From NCBI GenBank assembly GCA_002731695.1, contig PCCK01000107.1, positions 7-64,006 of the forward strand: 64,000 nt of DNA, given 5' to 3'. The first letter of the stretch is position 1; the number at the start of each line of letters is the position of its first letter. The stretch comes from Porticoccaceae bacterium. Its GTDB lineage: Bacteria; Pseudomonadota; Gammaproteobacteria; Pseudomonadales; Porticoccaceae. This document shows, piece by piece, positions 30,811 through 40,465 of the stretch. The notes beneath the pieces are model-generated. The model was not told the origin of the DNA. It saw only the letters and a list, made by a program, of their open reading frames with translations, and searched no databases. The translations under genes were made by a program, and so were the position numbers.

Positions 30811-31260
30811 ATGAAAACTTTTGTTGCTAAAAAAGAGTCCGTCCAGCGCTGTTGGTACTTAGTGGATGCTAGTTCTTTGAGACTCGGGAGGCTCGCAGCC
30901 AAGATAGCCTCTCATTTGAGGGGGAAGCATAAGCCTGAGTATACTCCTCATGTCGATACCGGGGATTATATTATAGTGATAAACGCTGAAAAAATTGTCG
31001 TCACAGGCAACAAAGAAAAAAGTAAAATTTACTACTCCCATACTGGTTACCCAGGAGGAATCAAAGAAGTTAACTTTGGTGATCTTATTAAAAAGGCGCC
31101 TGAACGAGCAATTCGTTTGGCCGTCAAAGGAATGTTGCCTCGCGGACCGCTCGGGCGAGAAATGTTAAAAAAGTTGAAAGTCTACGCGAGAGATGTGCAC
31201 CCCCATGCTGCGCAACAACCGCAGATATTGGATTTTAAAGGAATTTGTAATGTCGAGTAA
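30811..31260 (+). CDS. rplM: 50S ribosomal protein L13
   Basis: [34 protein letters not shown]. Confidence 0.98.
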   Translation: MKTFVAKKESVQRCWYLVDASSLRLGRLAAKIASHLRGKHKPEYTPHVDTGDYIIVINAEKIVVTGNKEKSKIYYSHTGYPGGIKEVNFGDLIKKAPERAIRLAVKGMLPRGPLGREMLKKLKVYARDVHPHAAQQPQILDFKGICNVE

Positions 31261-31642
31261 GCACTATTACGGAACAGGTAGACGAAAAACGTCGTCCGCT
31301 AGGGTGTTCATGACTTTAGGTCGTGGTGGTATTACAATTAATGATAGATCAATTGATGCTTATTTTGGCAGGGAAGTGGCGCGAATGATAGTCAGACAAC
31401 CACTAGATATTGTAGAGATGCCCCAAACTTTTGATATAAAGATCACTGTGAACGGCGGTGGAAGTTTCGGACAAGCTGGTGCGATCAGACATGGCATCGC
31501 ACGTGCTTTAGTTAAATACGACGAAAGTCTTCGCGCATCTCTACGGGGAGCGGGTTTCCTTACGAGGGACGCAAGGCAAGTAGAGCGAAAAAAAGTAGGC
31601 CTTCACAAAGCCCGGAAGCGACCTCAATTTTCAAAAAGATAG
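31250..31642 (+). CDS. rpsI: 30S ribosomal protein S9
   Basis: [36 protein letters not shown]. Confidence 0.98.
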   Translation: MSSKHYYGTGRRKTSSARVFMTLGRGGITINDRSIDAYFGREVARMIVRQPLDIVEMPQTFDIKITVNGGGSFGQAGAIRHGIARALVKYDESLRASLRGAGFLTRDARQVERKKVGLHKARKRPQFSKR

Positions 31643-31812
31643 AAAGATTTATTTGGTTCTAAATTATATTTTCAGTTTATTTCCTTTGATTTCAGTAATT
31701 TGCGGCTTCTAACGCGACCGTAGCTTATTGCGTTATAGCAGCGGTTCAATTATCATATTATGAGCATGATGCGCGGTATTACCTGCTTCGCGCATTTATA
31801 AAATCGGGAGGT

Positions 31813-32457
31813 GTGTCTCTATTGGATAAAAAACAAGACAATATTTCTGACAACCAAGCAATTCATGTTAACACAAGTCGGCGAAAATTTTTAGCGGGTG
31901 CCACGTCGGTGCTCGGTGGAATAGGGGTAATAGGAGCCTCCGTGCCCTTTGTCGCGTCTTGGAAGCCAAGTGCGAAAGCCAAAGCAGCGGGAGCACCAGT
32001 AAGGATTGACGTAGAAAAGCTTGAGCCTGGGGGGAGGCTAGTAGTGGAGTGGCGTGGAAAACCGGTTTATGTTATCCGAAGAACTAAAGAGGCGCTGGAT
32101 TCTGTTGCCAATTTTCCTGAAGAAGAATTAAAAGACTCAGAATCTTTGGCTGCAAATCAGCCCAGTTATGTTAGTGGTTTTGCGCGAACACAACCCGGCA
32201 AAGAAGAATATCTGGTGCTGGTCGGGTTGTGTACTCATCTTGGTTGCGCACCCATATACCGTCCAGACGTTGGCGCTGAAGATCTTGGCGGTGATTCTTG
32301 GCTTGGAGGATTCTTTTGTCCGTGTCATGGATCTAAATTCGATTTATCTGGACGAGTTTTTGCTGGAGTTCCTGCTCCTACTAATCTAGAAATTCCGCCC
32401 CACTCGTATGAAACAGATTCAATCATTGTAATTGGAATCGACGCGGAGACTGCATGA
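31813..32457 (+). CDS. petA: Ubiquinol-cytochrome c reductase Rieske subunit
   Basis: Tat motif SRRKFL, CTHLGC and CPCHGS. Confidence 0.97.
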   Translation: MSLLDKKQDNISDNQAIHVNTSRRKFLAGATSVLGGIGVIGASVPFVASWKPSAKAKAAGAPVRIDVEKLEPGGRLVVEWRGKPVYVIRRTKEALDSVANFPEEELKDSESLAANQPSYVSGFARTQPGKEEYLVLVGLCTHLGCAPIYRPDVGAEDLGGDSWLGGFFCPCHGSKFDLSGRVFAGVPAPTNLEIPPHSYETDSIIVIGIDAETA

Positions 32458-34490
32458 TGGACAAGCATCCGGATTTTGCGAGCTGGCTAGACGCAAGGCT
32501 ACCCACTCTCAAAAGAGAGTGGAATCGGCATATGGCGGAATATTACGCGCCAAAAAACTTCAATTGGATGTATTATTTTGGTGTTTTATCAATCGTAGTG
32601 CTGATCATTCAACTGGTCACGGGTGTCTGGTTGCTCATGAGTTATCAAGGTTCTGCAGAGCAGGCGTTTGCATCGGTTGAATATATAATGCGCGATGTGG
32701 AGTACGGTTGGATAATAAGATATGCACATTCAACAGGAGCGTCAGCATTCTTTATTGTGGTATATATGCACATGTTCCGCGGTTTAGTTTACGGTTCATA
32801 CAAAGCGCCACGAGAGTTGGTTTGGGTTTTTGGAATGTCAATTTATGTTGTGCTTATGGCAGAGGCATTCCTTGGCTATGTGCTCCCATGGGGTCAAATG
32901 TCCTATTGGGGAGCTCAGGTAATAATCTCGCTATTTGGTGCAATTCCGATTGTTGGAGAGGACTTAGTGCAATGGATTCGCGGTGATTACCTGATTTCAG
33001 GTATAACTCTTAATCGTTTCATGTCACTTCATGTAGTCGCTATGCCGATAATTTTGATAGCACTCGTTGCGATGCATATCATTGCATTGCATGATGTGGG
33101 CTCGAATAATCCAGATGGAGTCTCTATTAAGAAGTATACCGATTCCGACGGCAAGCCGGCCGATGGTATTCCATTTTACCCATATTTTGTAATCCATGAT
33201 CTGGTGCCAATTACTGTTTTTTTATTCGCATTCTGCTCCGTCTTATTTTTTATGCCAGAGATGGGAGGGTACTTTCTCGAGCATGCAAATTTTGAGATTG
33301 CAAACTCCCTGAAAACTCCAGAGCACATTGCCCCCGTTTGGTACTTCACGCCCTATTATTCGATGTTGAGGGCGGTACCGGATAAATTGGGGGGCTTTAT
33401 AACTATGGCAGCAGCGATTGCCATACTTTTTGTGTTGCCATGGCTTGATCGCAGCCCAGTCAGATCTATGCGGTACAAAGGAAACGTGAGTCGCGTGATG
33501 ATACTTCTATTCGTGACAAGTTTTATCATTTTAGGATTTCTTGGCGTGAAGGCTCCCTCGCCTGGGCGGACAGTCTTGGCTCAAATATGTACCACCATTT
33601 ACTTTTTATATTTTATTGGCATTTATTTTTGGACGCGATATGAGAAAACTCGTGCTGAGCCGGACAGGATAACGATGGACGGTGGAATTGGCCCGTTTAA
33701 AACTTTTTGCGGCTTTGGTCTTGTAGCTCTTTTGGTTTTTGTGCCACTGAGAGTTGTTGGTGCTGAGGGAAAAGATTGCGGCACTATTAGCTGCGACAAT
33801 TTTCAGTCCAGTTTGGGTGATGAGGCGTCTTTACAGAAAGGAGCACAGTTAGCTGTGAACTATTGCATGGGATGCCACTCCTTTAAGTACTCGCGTTGGG
33901 AGAGGGTAGCAGATGATTTGGCGATACCCCATGATTTGATGATGGATAACATGGTGTTTACAAATCAAAAAATTGGTGATTTGATGCAGATTGGTATGAG
34001 TGAGGAGAAGTCTGCGTCTTGGTTTGGGGCGACACCTCCCGATCTGACTCTTGTTGCACGGTCTCGTTCACCGGAATGGATATATACATATCTTCGAAAT
34101 TTTTACGCTGATGACAATCGTCCACTAGGCGTCAATAATAAAGTTTACAAAGATGTGGGCATGCCTCACGCGTTGTTGGACCTTCAAGGACTCACTAGAT
34201 GCGCTCCGGGGCCAGTGCTAGCGAGTAATGGGGGTGTAAAAAGAGATTTGCTCACTGGTGAGGATGTGCTTGGTGACGCTTGTGGTCGCTTCGAACAGGT
34301 TTCTAAAGGAACTCTTTCCCCATCGGAGTTTGATGACGCAGTTTATAATTTGGTAAACTTTCTAACTTATATTGCGGAGCCAATGGCACAGCAGCGTCAG
34401 CACATTGGGAGATTGGTACTTTTTTTCTTGGCATTATTGCTTGTATTCGTATACCTTCTTAATAGGGAATATTGGAAGGGCATTCATTAG
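32454..34490 (+). CDS. petB: Fused cytochrome b / cytochrome c1 (PetB-PetC, FbcH-like)
   Basis: Cytochrome b motifs (RYAHSTGAS, HMFRG, PWGQMSYWG, PVWYF), a hydrophobic linker, then CMGCH heme c, PPDL, VGMP and C-terminal TM ending EYWK; one open frame. Confidence 0.95.
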   Translation: MMDKHPDFASWLDARLPTLKREWNRHMAEYYAPKNFNWMYYFGVLSIVVLIIQLVTGVWLLMSYQGSAEQAFASVEYIMRDVEYGWIIRYAHSTGASAFFIVVYMHMFRGLVYGSYKAPRELVWVFGMSIYVVLMAEAFLGYVLPWGQMSYWGAQVIISLFGAIPIVGEDLVQWIRGDYLISGITLNRFMSLHVVAMPIILIALVAMHIIALHDVGSNNPDGVSIKKYTDSDGKPADGIPFYPYFVIHDLVPITVFLFAFCSVLFFMPEMGGYFLEHANFEIANSLKTPEHIAPVWYFTPYYSMLRAVPDKLGGFITMAAAIAILFVLPWLDRSPVRSMRYKGNVSRVMILLFVTSFIILGFLGVKAPSPGRTVLAQICTTIYFLYFIGIYFWTRYEKTRAEPDRITMDGGIGPFKTFCGFGLVALLVFVPLRVVGAEGKDCGTISCDNFQSSLGDEASLQKGAQLAVNYCMGCHSFKYSRWERVADDLAIPHDLMMDNMVFTNQKIGDLMQIGMSEEKSASWFGATPPDLTLVARSRSPEWIYTYLRNFYADDNRPLGVNNKVYKDVGMPHALLDLQGLTRCAPGPVLASNGGVKRDLLTGEDVLGDACGRFEQVSKGTLSPSEFDDAVYNLVNFLTYIAEPMAQQRQHIGRLVLFFLALLLVFVYLLNREYWKGIH

Positions 34491-34571
34491 AGGTATTCCC
34501 CGCGACACCGAGCAGGTATGCTCATACCCCATAATTGAGTATATTTATGATTTATTCTTTGAGAGGTTAAT

Positions 34572-35192
34572 GTGAGGCGTTCCTCAATGACGTTGTTCTC
34601 CGATCCGGTCTGTCAGTACAGCCATCGCGTGCGTTTAGTGTTAGCAGAAAAAGGAGTGACGGTAGACATCGAAGACGTAGATTCTAACTTAGTGACTGAG
34701 GAGATTTTTGAAGCCAATCCTTATGGTAATCTCCCTACATTGGTAGACAGAGACTTAGCACTTTATGAATCTAAAGTTGTTATGGAGTACTTGGATGAGC
34801 GTTTTCCGCATCCGCCGCTACTGCCGGTTTATCCCGTTGCACGTGCTCAAAGCAGGCTTTGGATTTTTCGCATTGAAAAAGACTGGTGTCGTCTTTCAGA
34901 CACGATATTATCGAATCCCAATGGAGACGAGGGATTAACTGCAAGGCAAGAACTCAGAGAATCTCTGATTGGCGTTTCATCGATCTTTTCGGATCTTCCG
35001 TTTTTTATGAGCGAGGATTATACCCTTGTCGATTGTTGCTTGGCACCTTTATTGTGGAGGCTATCGCAGCTAGGGATAGAAATCCTCAAAACATCCCAGA
35101 CTCAGCCTTTGCTCGATTACATGAAACGAGTGTTTGAAAGAAGTGCATTTGATGAGAGTCTGACTGACTTGGAACGCGAATTTAAAATGTGA
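34572..35192 (+). CDS. sspA: Stringent starvation protein A
   Basis: [32 protein letters not shown]. Confidence 0.96.
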   Translation: MRRSSMTLFSDPVCQYSHRVRLVLAEKGVTVDIEDVDSNLVTEEIFEANPYGNLPTLVDRDLALYESKVVMEYLDERFPHPPLLPVYPVARAQSRLWIFRIEKDWCRLSDTILSNPNGDEGLTARQELRESLIGVSSIFSDLPFFMSEDYTLVDCCLAPLLWRLSQLGIEILKTSQTQPLLDYMKRVFERSAFDESLTDLEREFKM

Positions 35193-35205
35193 GAAGGACA
35201 TAAGC

Positions 35206-35625
35206 ATGAAATCCAACCGTCCATATCTTATTCGTGCTTTTTATGACTGGATCGTAGATAGCGAGTGTACGCCATACGTGGTTGTAGATGCTCATCATGA
35301 GAACGTGGAGGTGCCTCAAAATTTCGTAACAAATGGACAAATTATCCTAAACATAGCGCCCAGAGCAGTGACAGATTTTGATATGAGTAACGATTCCATT
35401 AAACTGTCGACTAGGTTCGGAGGAATACCTATAGACATTTTTTGTCCGATGGGGTCAATACTTGGTATATACGCTCAAGAAAATGGTCAGGGAATGATGT
35501 TTGAGCCAGACCCCGATGACGACCCTCCTCCAAAAGGGCAGGCCCCAAAAGTCTTGTCATCGCTACAAAAAACTAAGCCTAGGGAGCCTGTCAAGGGAAA
35601 ACCATCATTACGTGTTATAAAATGA
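35206..35625 (+). CDS. sspB: ClpXP adaptor SspB
   Basis: RPYLIRAFYDW, ENGQGM, C-terminal PSLRVIK ClpX-binding motif. Confidence 0.96.
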   Translation: MKSNRPYLIRAFYDWIVDSECTPYVVVDAHHENVEVPQNFVTNGQIILNIAPRAVTDFDMSNDSIKLSTRFGGIPIDIFCPMGSILGIYAQENGQGMMFEPDPDDDPPPKGQAPKVLSSLQKTKPREPVKGKPSLRVIK

Positions 35626-35678
35626 GAATGTGTTCGAAACGAATTTACATTACATTATAGGAATGGCATAGCCGGCAG

Positions 35679-36245
35679 CTAGTCTTTGTATTCAAATATC
35701 TTAACAACTCGTCTGACGCCGCTAGTTTCTCGAGCTAAATGCACTGCTTGATCACTTTCTGACTTTGTAATAATTGCCATCATATAAACCACGCTGTCTT
35801 CAGTTATTATTTTAATATCTCTCCCTTTGACATCTTCATCGATCCTCAACTTTACTTGGATTTTTTTCGTAATCAGACTATCGTTGGCTCTCGAAATGAG
35901 AGATGTGTTATTTCGCTCTTGGAGTTCATTATGAACAATTCTAACTCTGTTGAATTTTCTAGCTGTTTCGCCAGCTAATTTTTTTAGTCGGGCATTAGGT
36001 ACTTCGCCTGTAAGAAGAACAACGGAATTATACACGTTGACATTTACATGAGATTTTTCGAGCTCGGGTTCGGCTTTTTTTATGTTTACTCCTATCGCAG
36101 TAGCCATGTGTACATCATTTAAAAAATCTCCCGGTCCAGTGTCGGCTCGATCCTCTCCAATTGGTTCCTCTGTAAGATTATGCATGACAGATGTACAACT
36201 AATTAGAAAGATATTTGTTACAAAAAAAAGAATTAGTATTTTCAC
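35679..36245 (-). CDS. Dual BON-domain lipoprotein (DolP/YraP-like)
   Basis: Lipobox LISC, VLLTGEV, VHNEL, GVRRVVKIFEY. Confidence 0.9.
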   Translation of the reverse strand: MKILILFFVTNIFLISCTSVMHNLTEEPIGEDRADTGPGDFLNDVHMATAIGVNIKKAEPELEKSHVNVNVYNSVVLLTGEVPNARLKKLAGETARKFNRVRIVHNELQERNNTSLISRANDSLITKKIQVKLRIDEDVKGRDIKIITEDSVVYMMAIITKSESDQAVHLARETSGVRRVVKIFEYKD

Positions 36246-36821
36246 TTATCTGCCACCTAATATTATCGAATCAACCAGTTCTGTAAGGCATTCCAGCACC
36301 TGGAGGTGCAATGCATTCACTATTGAGTCTTCGTATTCACTCATATCTATGCAAAGATCTTCGTACCTCAACCTCTCTATCAATATGTTATCATCTTTAT
36401 GACTAATTAGTATGATCTTCATGTCTCTTTCTAAAGCTGCATCGGCAGTTTTTAAAAGTACAGGTTGACTGCCGCCCCTGCTTATAATTAGCAATAAATC
36501 GGATTGGCTGCCGTGCGTAAATAGTGCTTGAGCAAAGCGATTCTCGCTTAATCGATTTTGACTTAATTGGTTTAGACTCAGAGCGGGGAAACCTGGGCGC
36601 TCAATTTGAGTGCCTACCGCTAAGTTGTCACTAAAAAGCTGCCCTAATCGACTAGCCGGACCATCGTGCCCACAGGTAAAAACTGTGTGGCCATGCAAAA
36701 GTGAAGAAGCGATCATTTCTGCGGCCCTTACTATTTCAGACGTTGATGAGTCACCCATTGAAATCGTTGCTTCTATTAGACGTTGGTGGAAACTGAAAAT
36801 TCTTTGGTTCACTCTAAACAC
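36246..36821 (-). CDS. Degenerate SIS-domain GmhA/DiaA-family protein
   Basis: ERPGFPAL and A.ERDM.II recognisable, and it sits between lpoA and the BON gene, but active-site motifs are altered. Confidence 0.75.
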   Translation of the reverse strand: MFRVNQRIFSFHQRLIEATISMGDSSTSEIVRAAEMIASSLLHGHTVFTCGHDGPASRLGQLFSDNLAVGTQIERPGFPALSLNQLSQNRLSENRFAQALFTHGSQSDLLLIISRGGSQPVLLKTADAALERDMKIILISHKDDNILIERLRYEDLCIDMSEYEDSIVNALHLQVLECLTELVDSIILGGR

Positions 36822-36982
36822 CTTTGTGAGGGTGCGTTTAAAGCTAAAGTATATCGCCTAGTTATGCTTCCTTCGATAGCTTTTTAAGATTTTGCGACCG
36901 TATTGTCCGTGTAGCGGGTTACGCGGATAACGTTAAGTGATTTTTCTGTGTTAAAACAAAATTGTTAATTTTGATGGCGCTT

Positions 36983-38872
36983 TTATTCAGACGGTACCAA
37001 AGTAAGTTCGTTAGAGCCATAAGGAAAATTAATTGGAGTGACCTTACCGTTTTTAAACTTAGCCCATCCAGTTTTCCGTTTTACCTTATCATCTATCAGA
37101 TCTAGAACACCAGTAGCCGCAAATAAGGGATTGGGCGGATATTTTTGTTGATTTTTAGAAAAATGTCTTGAGACTGAAAAAGCATCATAACCGAGCACAT
37201 AAAAGTGTTTCAAAGCTGTATGCATCTCTTTATTGGGAGATACCCCTCTCGGCAGCTGGTTTGCCAGTGTCCATGGCATTGCGCAGAATTCGATACCTGA
37301 TAGGTCGTTATCAAGAGAAATTTGTTGGGTCCCGTTATAAATATGTGAAGTAGCATAGATGGGAAGATCGGCAGCATACAAAAAATCTAGGGAAGGTTTT
37401 ATTTGTCTAGCTATTGAAGGGAAGCTTACTATAACTACAAGATCTATATCTTGACGACGACGAGAACTTATTTTTAGTCGACTATTCACGTATCGAAGCA
37501 ACTCTAGTCCACGCTCATCACTAGCATCTATATTTAATGGTTTTTTTAGTATGGTAATAAAATCTTTTACTTGTGGGGAGTAACGTACCGAATCGGTGAT
37601 AACACCGCCCTTTTCAAGCCATTTTTTTTCAAAATGGTCACTTGCTCGTGAACCCCAGCCAGCCTCTGGTGCTATTGTTAACACGTTTTTTTTCCCTGAA
37701 AGCCAAGCTCGTTGAGCAATTTGATCCATTTCATCCAACGCAGACAAGCCAAATTGAAAGAAGTTTTGTGGTTTTTTTTCGACCTTAAATTCACCGCGAT
37801 GCAAAGTCATGACTGGAACAGTAAAGTTTGGAATTTCTAACAAATTTTGGACATTTTCGTTTCTTGCTGGTCCGATAATCATTTCAGCTCCATCATCCAA
37901 GAGCATAGGATACAGTTTTTGAACTGGTAATTTTGTAGTGTCATAAATTTTCACCAGTGGCACATTGTCGCCATGTCCTAAAGCCCGATAATACGCCTTT
38001 AAGAAACCGTCCAGTAAAGTTTTGCTTGCCGTAAGATGCGAGTCACTCATTGGTAAGAGCAGCGCTAAAGTTTTAGCCTCGTATCCATACATATTCGTGA
38101 GTTGCACTGGAGGAATTATAGCCGCTGGATGTCGAGGCCATTTATTCTTCCACGTAATTATTTTCTCCGAGCGACTATCATTATTGTTCGACATAAACCT
38201 ATGTTCTATTGCCAATTGCAGCCAGCCAGATAGATTTTTTTCGGTAGTATTTTCGTCAAGTTCTATTAGCCTATTTAAAGGGATGTGATTAAGCAGTACC
38301 CAAATTTTGTTATTGACCTCCTGAAGTTTATTCGTAGGAAGTGATTTTGTGAGCTTGTAGGCTTTTTGAACCACGGACTCGCTATTTCCAATCGAAATAT
38401 TCATATCAATGATCAGATTTATCCAAGTAGCTCTTTGTTCATGAGTTTGGCTTTGAACAAGTGATTTAAGACGTGCGTCTGACATCCAAGTGTTCAAAGC
38501 TAAAAAATCATGGTAACGATTTAACATCTTGGCTTTGAGGAGCCCATATATTAGGTAGTTGGCATCTGAAAGTAGTGCACTATTAATTTTTCTTAATACT
38601 TCGTTACATTCGAAATAATCGTCTTCTTTCTCATAGAGCATCGCGCTTTCCAGAAACAGTCTATCTTGAATGGTTTCATCTGCTATTTTGGCAAGCTCAT
38701 ATAATTCGCGAGCTGAAGTGAGCTTTTTTCTTTCATTAAGATTAGATTTTTCATCTTTTGATTCTTGATCTGAGACAGTTTTCAGAGGTGAGGATGGCGC
38801 GCATGAGCACATAAAGGCTAAGATACCCAATAAAATTGAACAGCGCTGAATCCAAAATTTTATTATGAACAT
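36983..38872 (-). CDS. lpoA: Penicillin-binding protein activator LpoA
   Basis: Lipobox-like MCSC, W...WP.HPAA, ALLLP, IIGP, RRQDID, IYATS, GYDA; start inferred. Confidence 0.9.
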   Translation of the reverse strand: MFIIKFWIQRCSILLGILAFMCSCAPSSPLKTVSDQESKDEKSNLNERKKLTSARELYELAKIADETIQDRLFLESAMLYEKEDDYFECNEVLRKINSALLSDANYLIYGLLKAKMLNRYHDFLALNTWMSDARLKSLVQSQTHEQRATWINLIIDMNISIGNSESVVQKAYKLTKSLPTNKLQEVNNKIWVLLNHIPLNRLIELDENTTEKNLSGWLQLAIEHRFMSNNNDSRSEKIITWKNKWPRHPAAIIPPVQLTNMYGYEAKTLALLLPMSDSHLTASKTLLDGFLKAYYRALGHGDNVPLVKIYDTTKLPVQKLYPMLLDDGAEMIIGPARNENVQNLLEIPNFTVPVMTLHRGEFKVEKKPQNFFQFGLSALDEMDQIAQRAWLSGKKNVLTIAPEAGWGSRASDHFEKKWLEKGGVITDSVRYSPQVKDFITILKKPLNIDASDERGLELLRYVNSRLKISSRRRQDIDLVVIVSFPSIARQIKPSLDFLYAADLPIYATSHIYNGTQQISLDNDLSGIEFCAMPWTLANQLPRGVSPNKEMHTALKHFYVLGYDAFSVSRHFSKNQQKYPPNPLFAATGVLDLIDDKVKRKTGWAKFKNGKVTPINFPYGSNELTLVPSE

Positions 38873-39725
38873 TGAATTAACTGGAACTTTATACATTGTA
38901 GCGACACCTATTGGAAATCTAGGGGATATGAGTATTCGCGCTATCCAAGTTTTGAAAGATGTTGCTATTGTCGCCTGCGAAAGCTCTCGACATAGCAAAC
39001 TACTCTTGAACCGTTATTGTATACATTCTCGAACAATAAGCTATCAAGAGCAAAACGATCAAAAGGGTTTAAAAAAAATTTTGTACCACCTGTCATGCGG
39101 AGAGTCTGTCGCATTTATTTCAGATGCCGGAACTCCGCTCATTTCGGATCCCGGATATCGGTTAGTGTCTAGTGCACGTGATGCTGGCCATAATGTAATT
39201 CCAGTGCCCGGTTGTTGTGCCTTAATTGCGGCGATCAGTGTCTCTGGGTTGCCCTCCAATCAATTTAGATTCGTGGGATTTTTATCAGCCAAGGTTTCTC
39301 AACGAAGATCTTCGATGAAGTCTTTATGCGATTGTAGCGAGACCTTAATATTTTATGAGGCGCCACATCGTATACTGGCTACTTTGGAGGATGCAGTTCA
39401 GCACTTTGGCTCGGATCGTACAGCTTTTATGGCTCGTGAAATCAGTAAAAAATTTGAGACATATCATCGTGCTTTACTCGGAGAACTTTATGAACTTGTT
39501 AAGTCTGATCCGAATCAACAACGGGGTGAAATTGTGTTAGTAGTTTCAGGCAAACAAGAAAAAACCGAGGTGTCTGAAATTGAATCCGAGAGGATATTGG
39601 ATCTTTTGGTGGGAGAAATGTCTCTCAGTAAAGCAGCCGCCCTAACTTCAAAGATAACAGGCGTTCAAAAAAATACGTTATACAAAAAAGCGTTGGCAGC
39701 TCAAACTAAAATAAAAGCTGACTAA
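38865..39725 (+). CDS. rsmI: 16S rRNA C1402 2'-O-methyltransferase
   Basis: LYIVATPIGNL, SDAGTPLISDPG, FYEAPHR, REISKKFE. Confidence 0.97.
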   Translation: MNIELTGTLYIVATPIGNLGDMSIRAIQVLKDVAIVACESSRHSKLLLNRYCIHSRTISYQEQNDQKGLKKILYHLSCGESVAFISDAGTPLISDPGYRLVSSARDAGHNVIPVPGCCALIAAISVSGLPSNQFRFVGFLSAKVSQRRSSMKSLCDCSETLIFYEAPHRILATLEDAVQHFGSDRTAFMAREISKKFETYHRALLGELYELVKSDPNQQRGEIVLVVSGKQEKTEVSEIESERILDLLVGEMSLSKAAALTSKITGVQKNTLYKKALAAQTKIKAD

Positions 39726-39820
39726 TTTTATTATTTACGGTAAGCAACAAAAAACCCATTTGTCACATTCCGAGAATTTTTTTTACTTCATATAAAGCAC
39801 TTTAGTTTAATTTTACTACT

Positions 39821-40459
39821 TCAAAGCATTTTTTCGTTCCAACCTCCGAAGTCTTGCCACAAATTTACTATTTCGCAAAATAATTCAGCAGTTTTTATTG
39901 CATCATATAGGGCACTGTGTGCGTCCTTATCACTAAAGCCTATACCCGCTACTCGGCACGCTCTCGCAAGAACGGTTTGTCCGTAAGCCAGTCCTGCTAG
40001 CGAGGACGTATCGAAACATGAGAAAGGATGGAAAGGATTCCGTTTAATTTTAGTACGATTAATTGCTGCATTAATAAAGGCTAAGTCAAAATGTGCGTTA
40101 TGTCCGACCAAAATAGCACGTGTGCACTTGGTTCTATCAATTTCGCGACGGATTGGTAAAAATATATTCCTGAGAGCATCTACTTCATCAACTGCTATAC
40201 GACGCGCGTCGTGTGGATCGATGCCTGTAAATTCTAACGAGGATGGTTCAATCATGGAGCCAATGAATGGAATTATGTTCTTGTTAATACTACTTTTAAT
40301 TGATAGTTTAAATTTGTCATCCATCCCTAAAATCACGATTGCTATTTCGAGAAGAGCATCGGTCTGGGCGTTAAAGCCGCCACTCTCAACATCTACCACC
40401 ACGGGTAGAAAACCTCTGAAGCGTTGTGATATGTGATGCAAATTTTTTTGGTGTGTCAT
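39821..40459 (-). CDS. rnt: Ribonuclease T
   Basis: RFRGFLPVVVDVESGG, HNAHFD, NPFHPF, HSALYD. Confidence 0.97.
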   Translation of the reverse strand: MTHQKNLHHISQRFRGFLPVVVDVESGGFNAQTDALLEIAIVILGMDDKFKLSIKSSINKNIIPFIGSMIEPSSLEFTGIDPHDARRIAVDEVDALRNIFLPIRREIDRTKCTRAILVGHNAHFDLAFINAAINRTKIKRNPFHPFSCFDTSSLAGLAYGQTVLARACRVAGIGFSDKDAHSALYDAIKTAELFCEIVNLWQDFGGWNEKML

Positions 40460-40465
40460 ATTTAT

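Noticed and set aside
31769-31795. Hairpin ATGCGCG...CGCGCAT before petA as a riboswitch or terminator
   Set aside because: A single 7-bp stem with a long loop, weak U tail and no known motif.
36822-36982. yraN relic between lpoA and the gmhA-like gene
   Set aside because: The gene is absent from its usual place, but residual similarity to the WIKNAF tail is too faint to claim.
39726-39820. RNase P RNA (rnpB), often found downstream of rsmI
   Set aside because: The spacer is only 95 bp, AT-rich, and lacks GAGGAAAGTCC.
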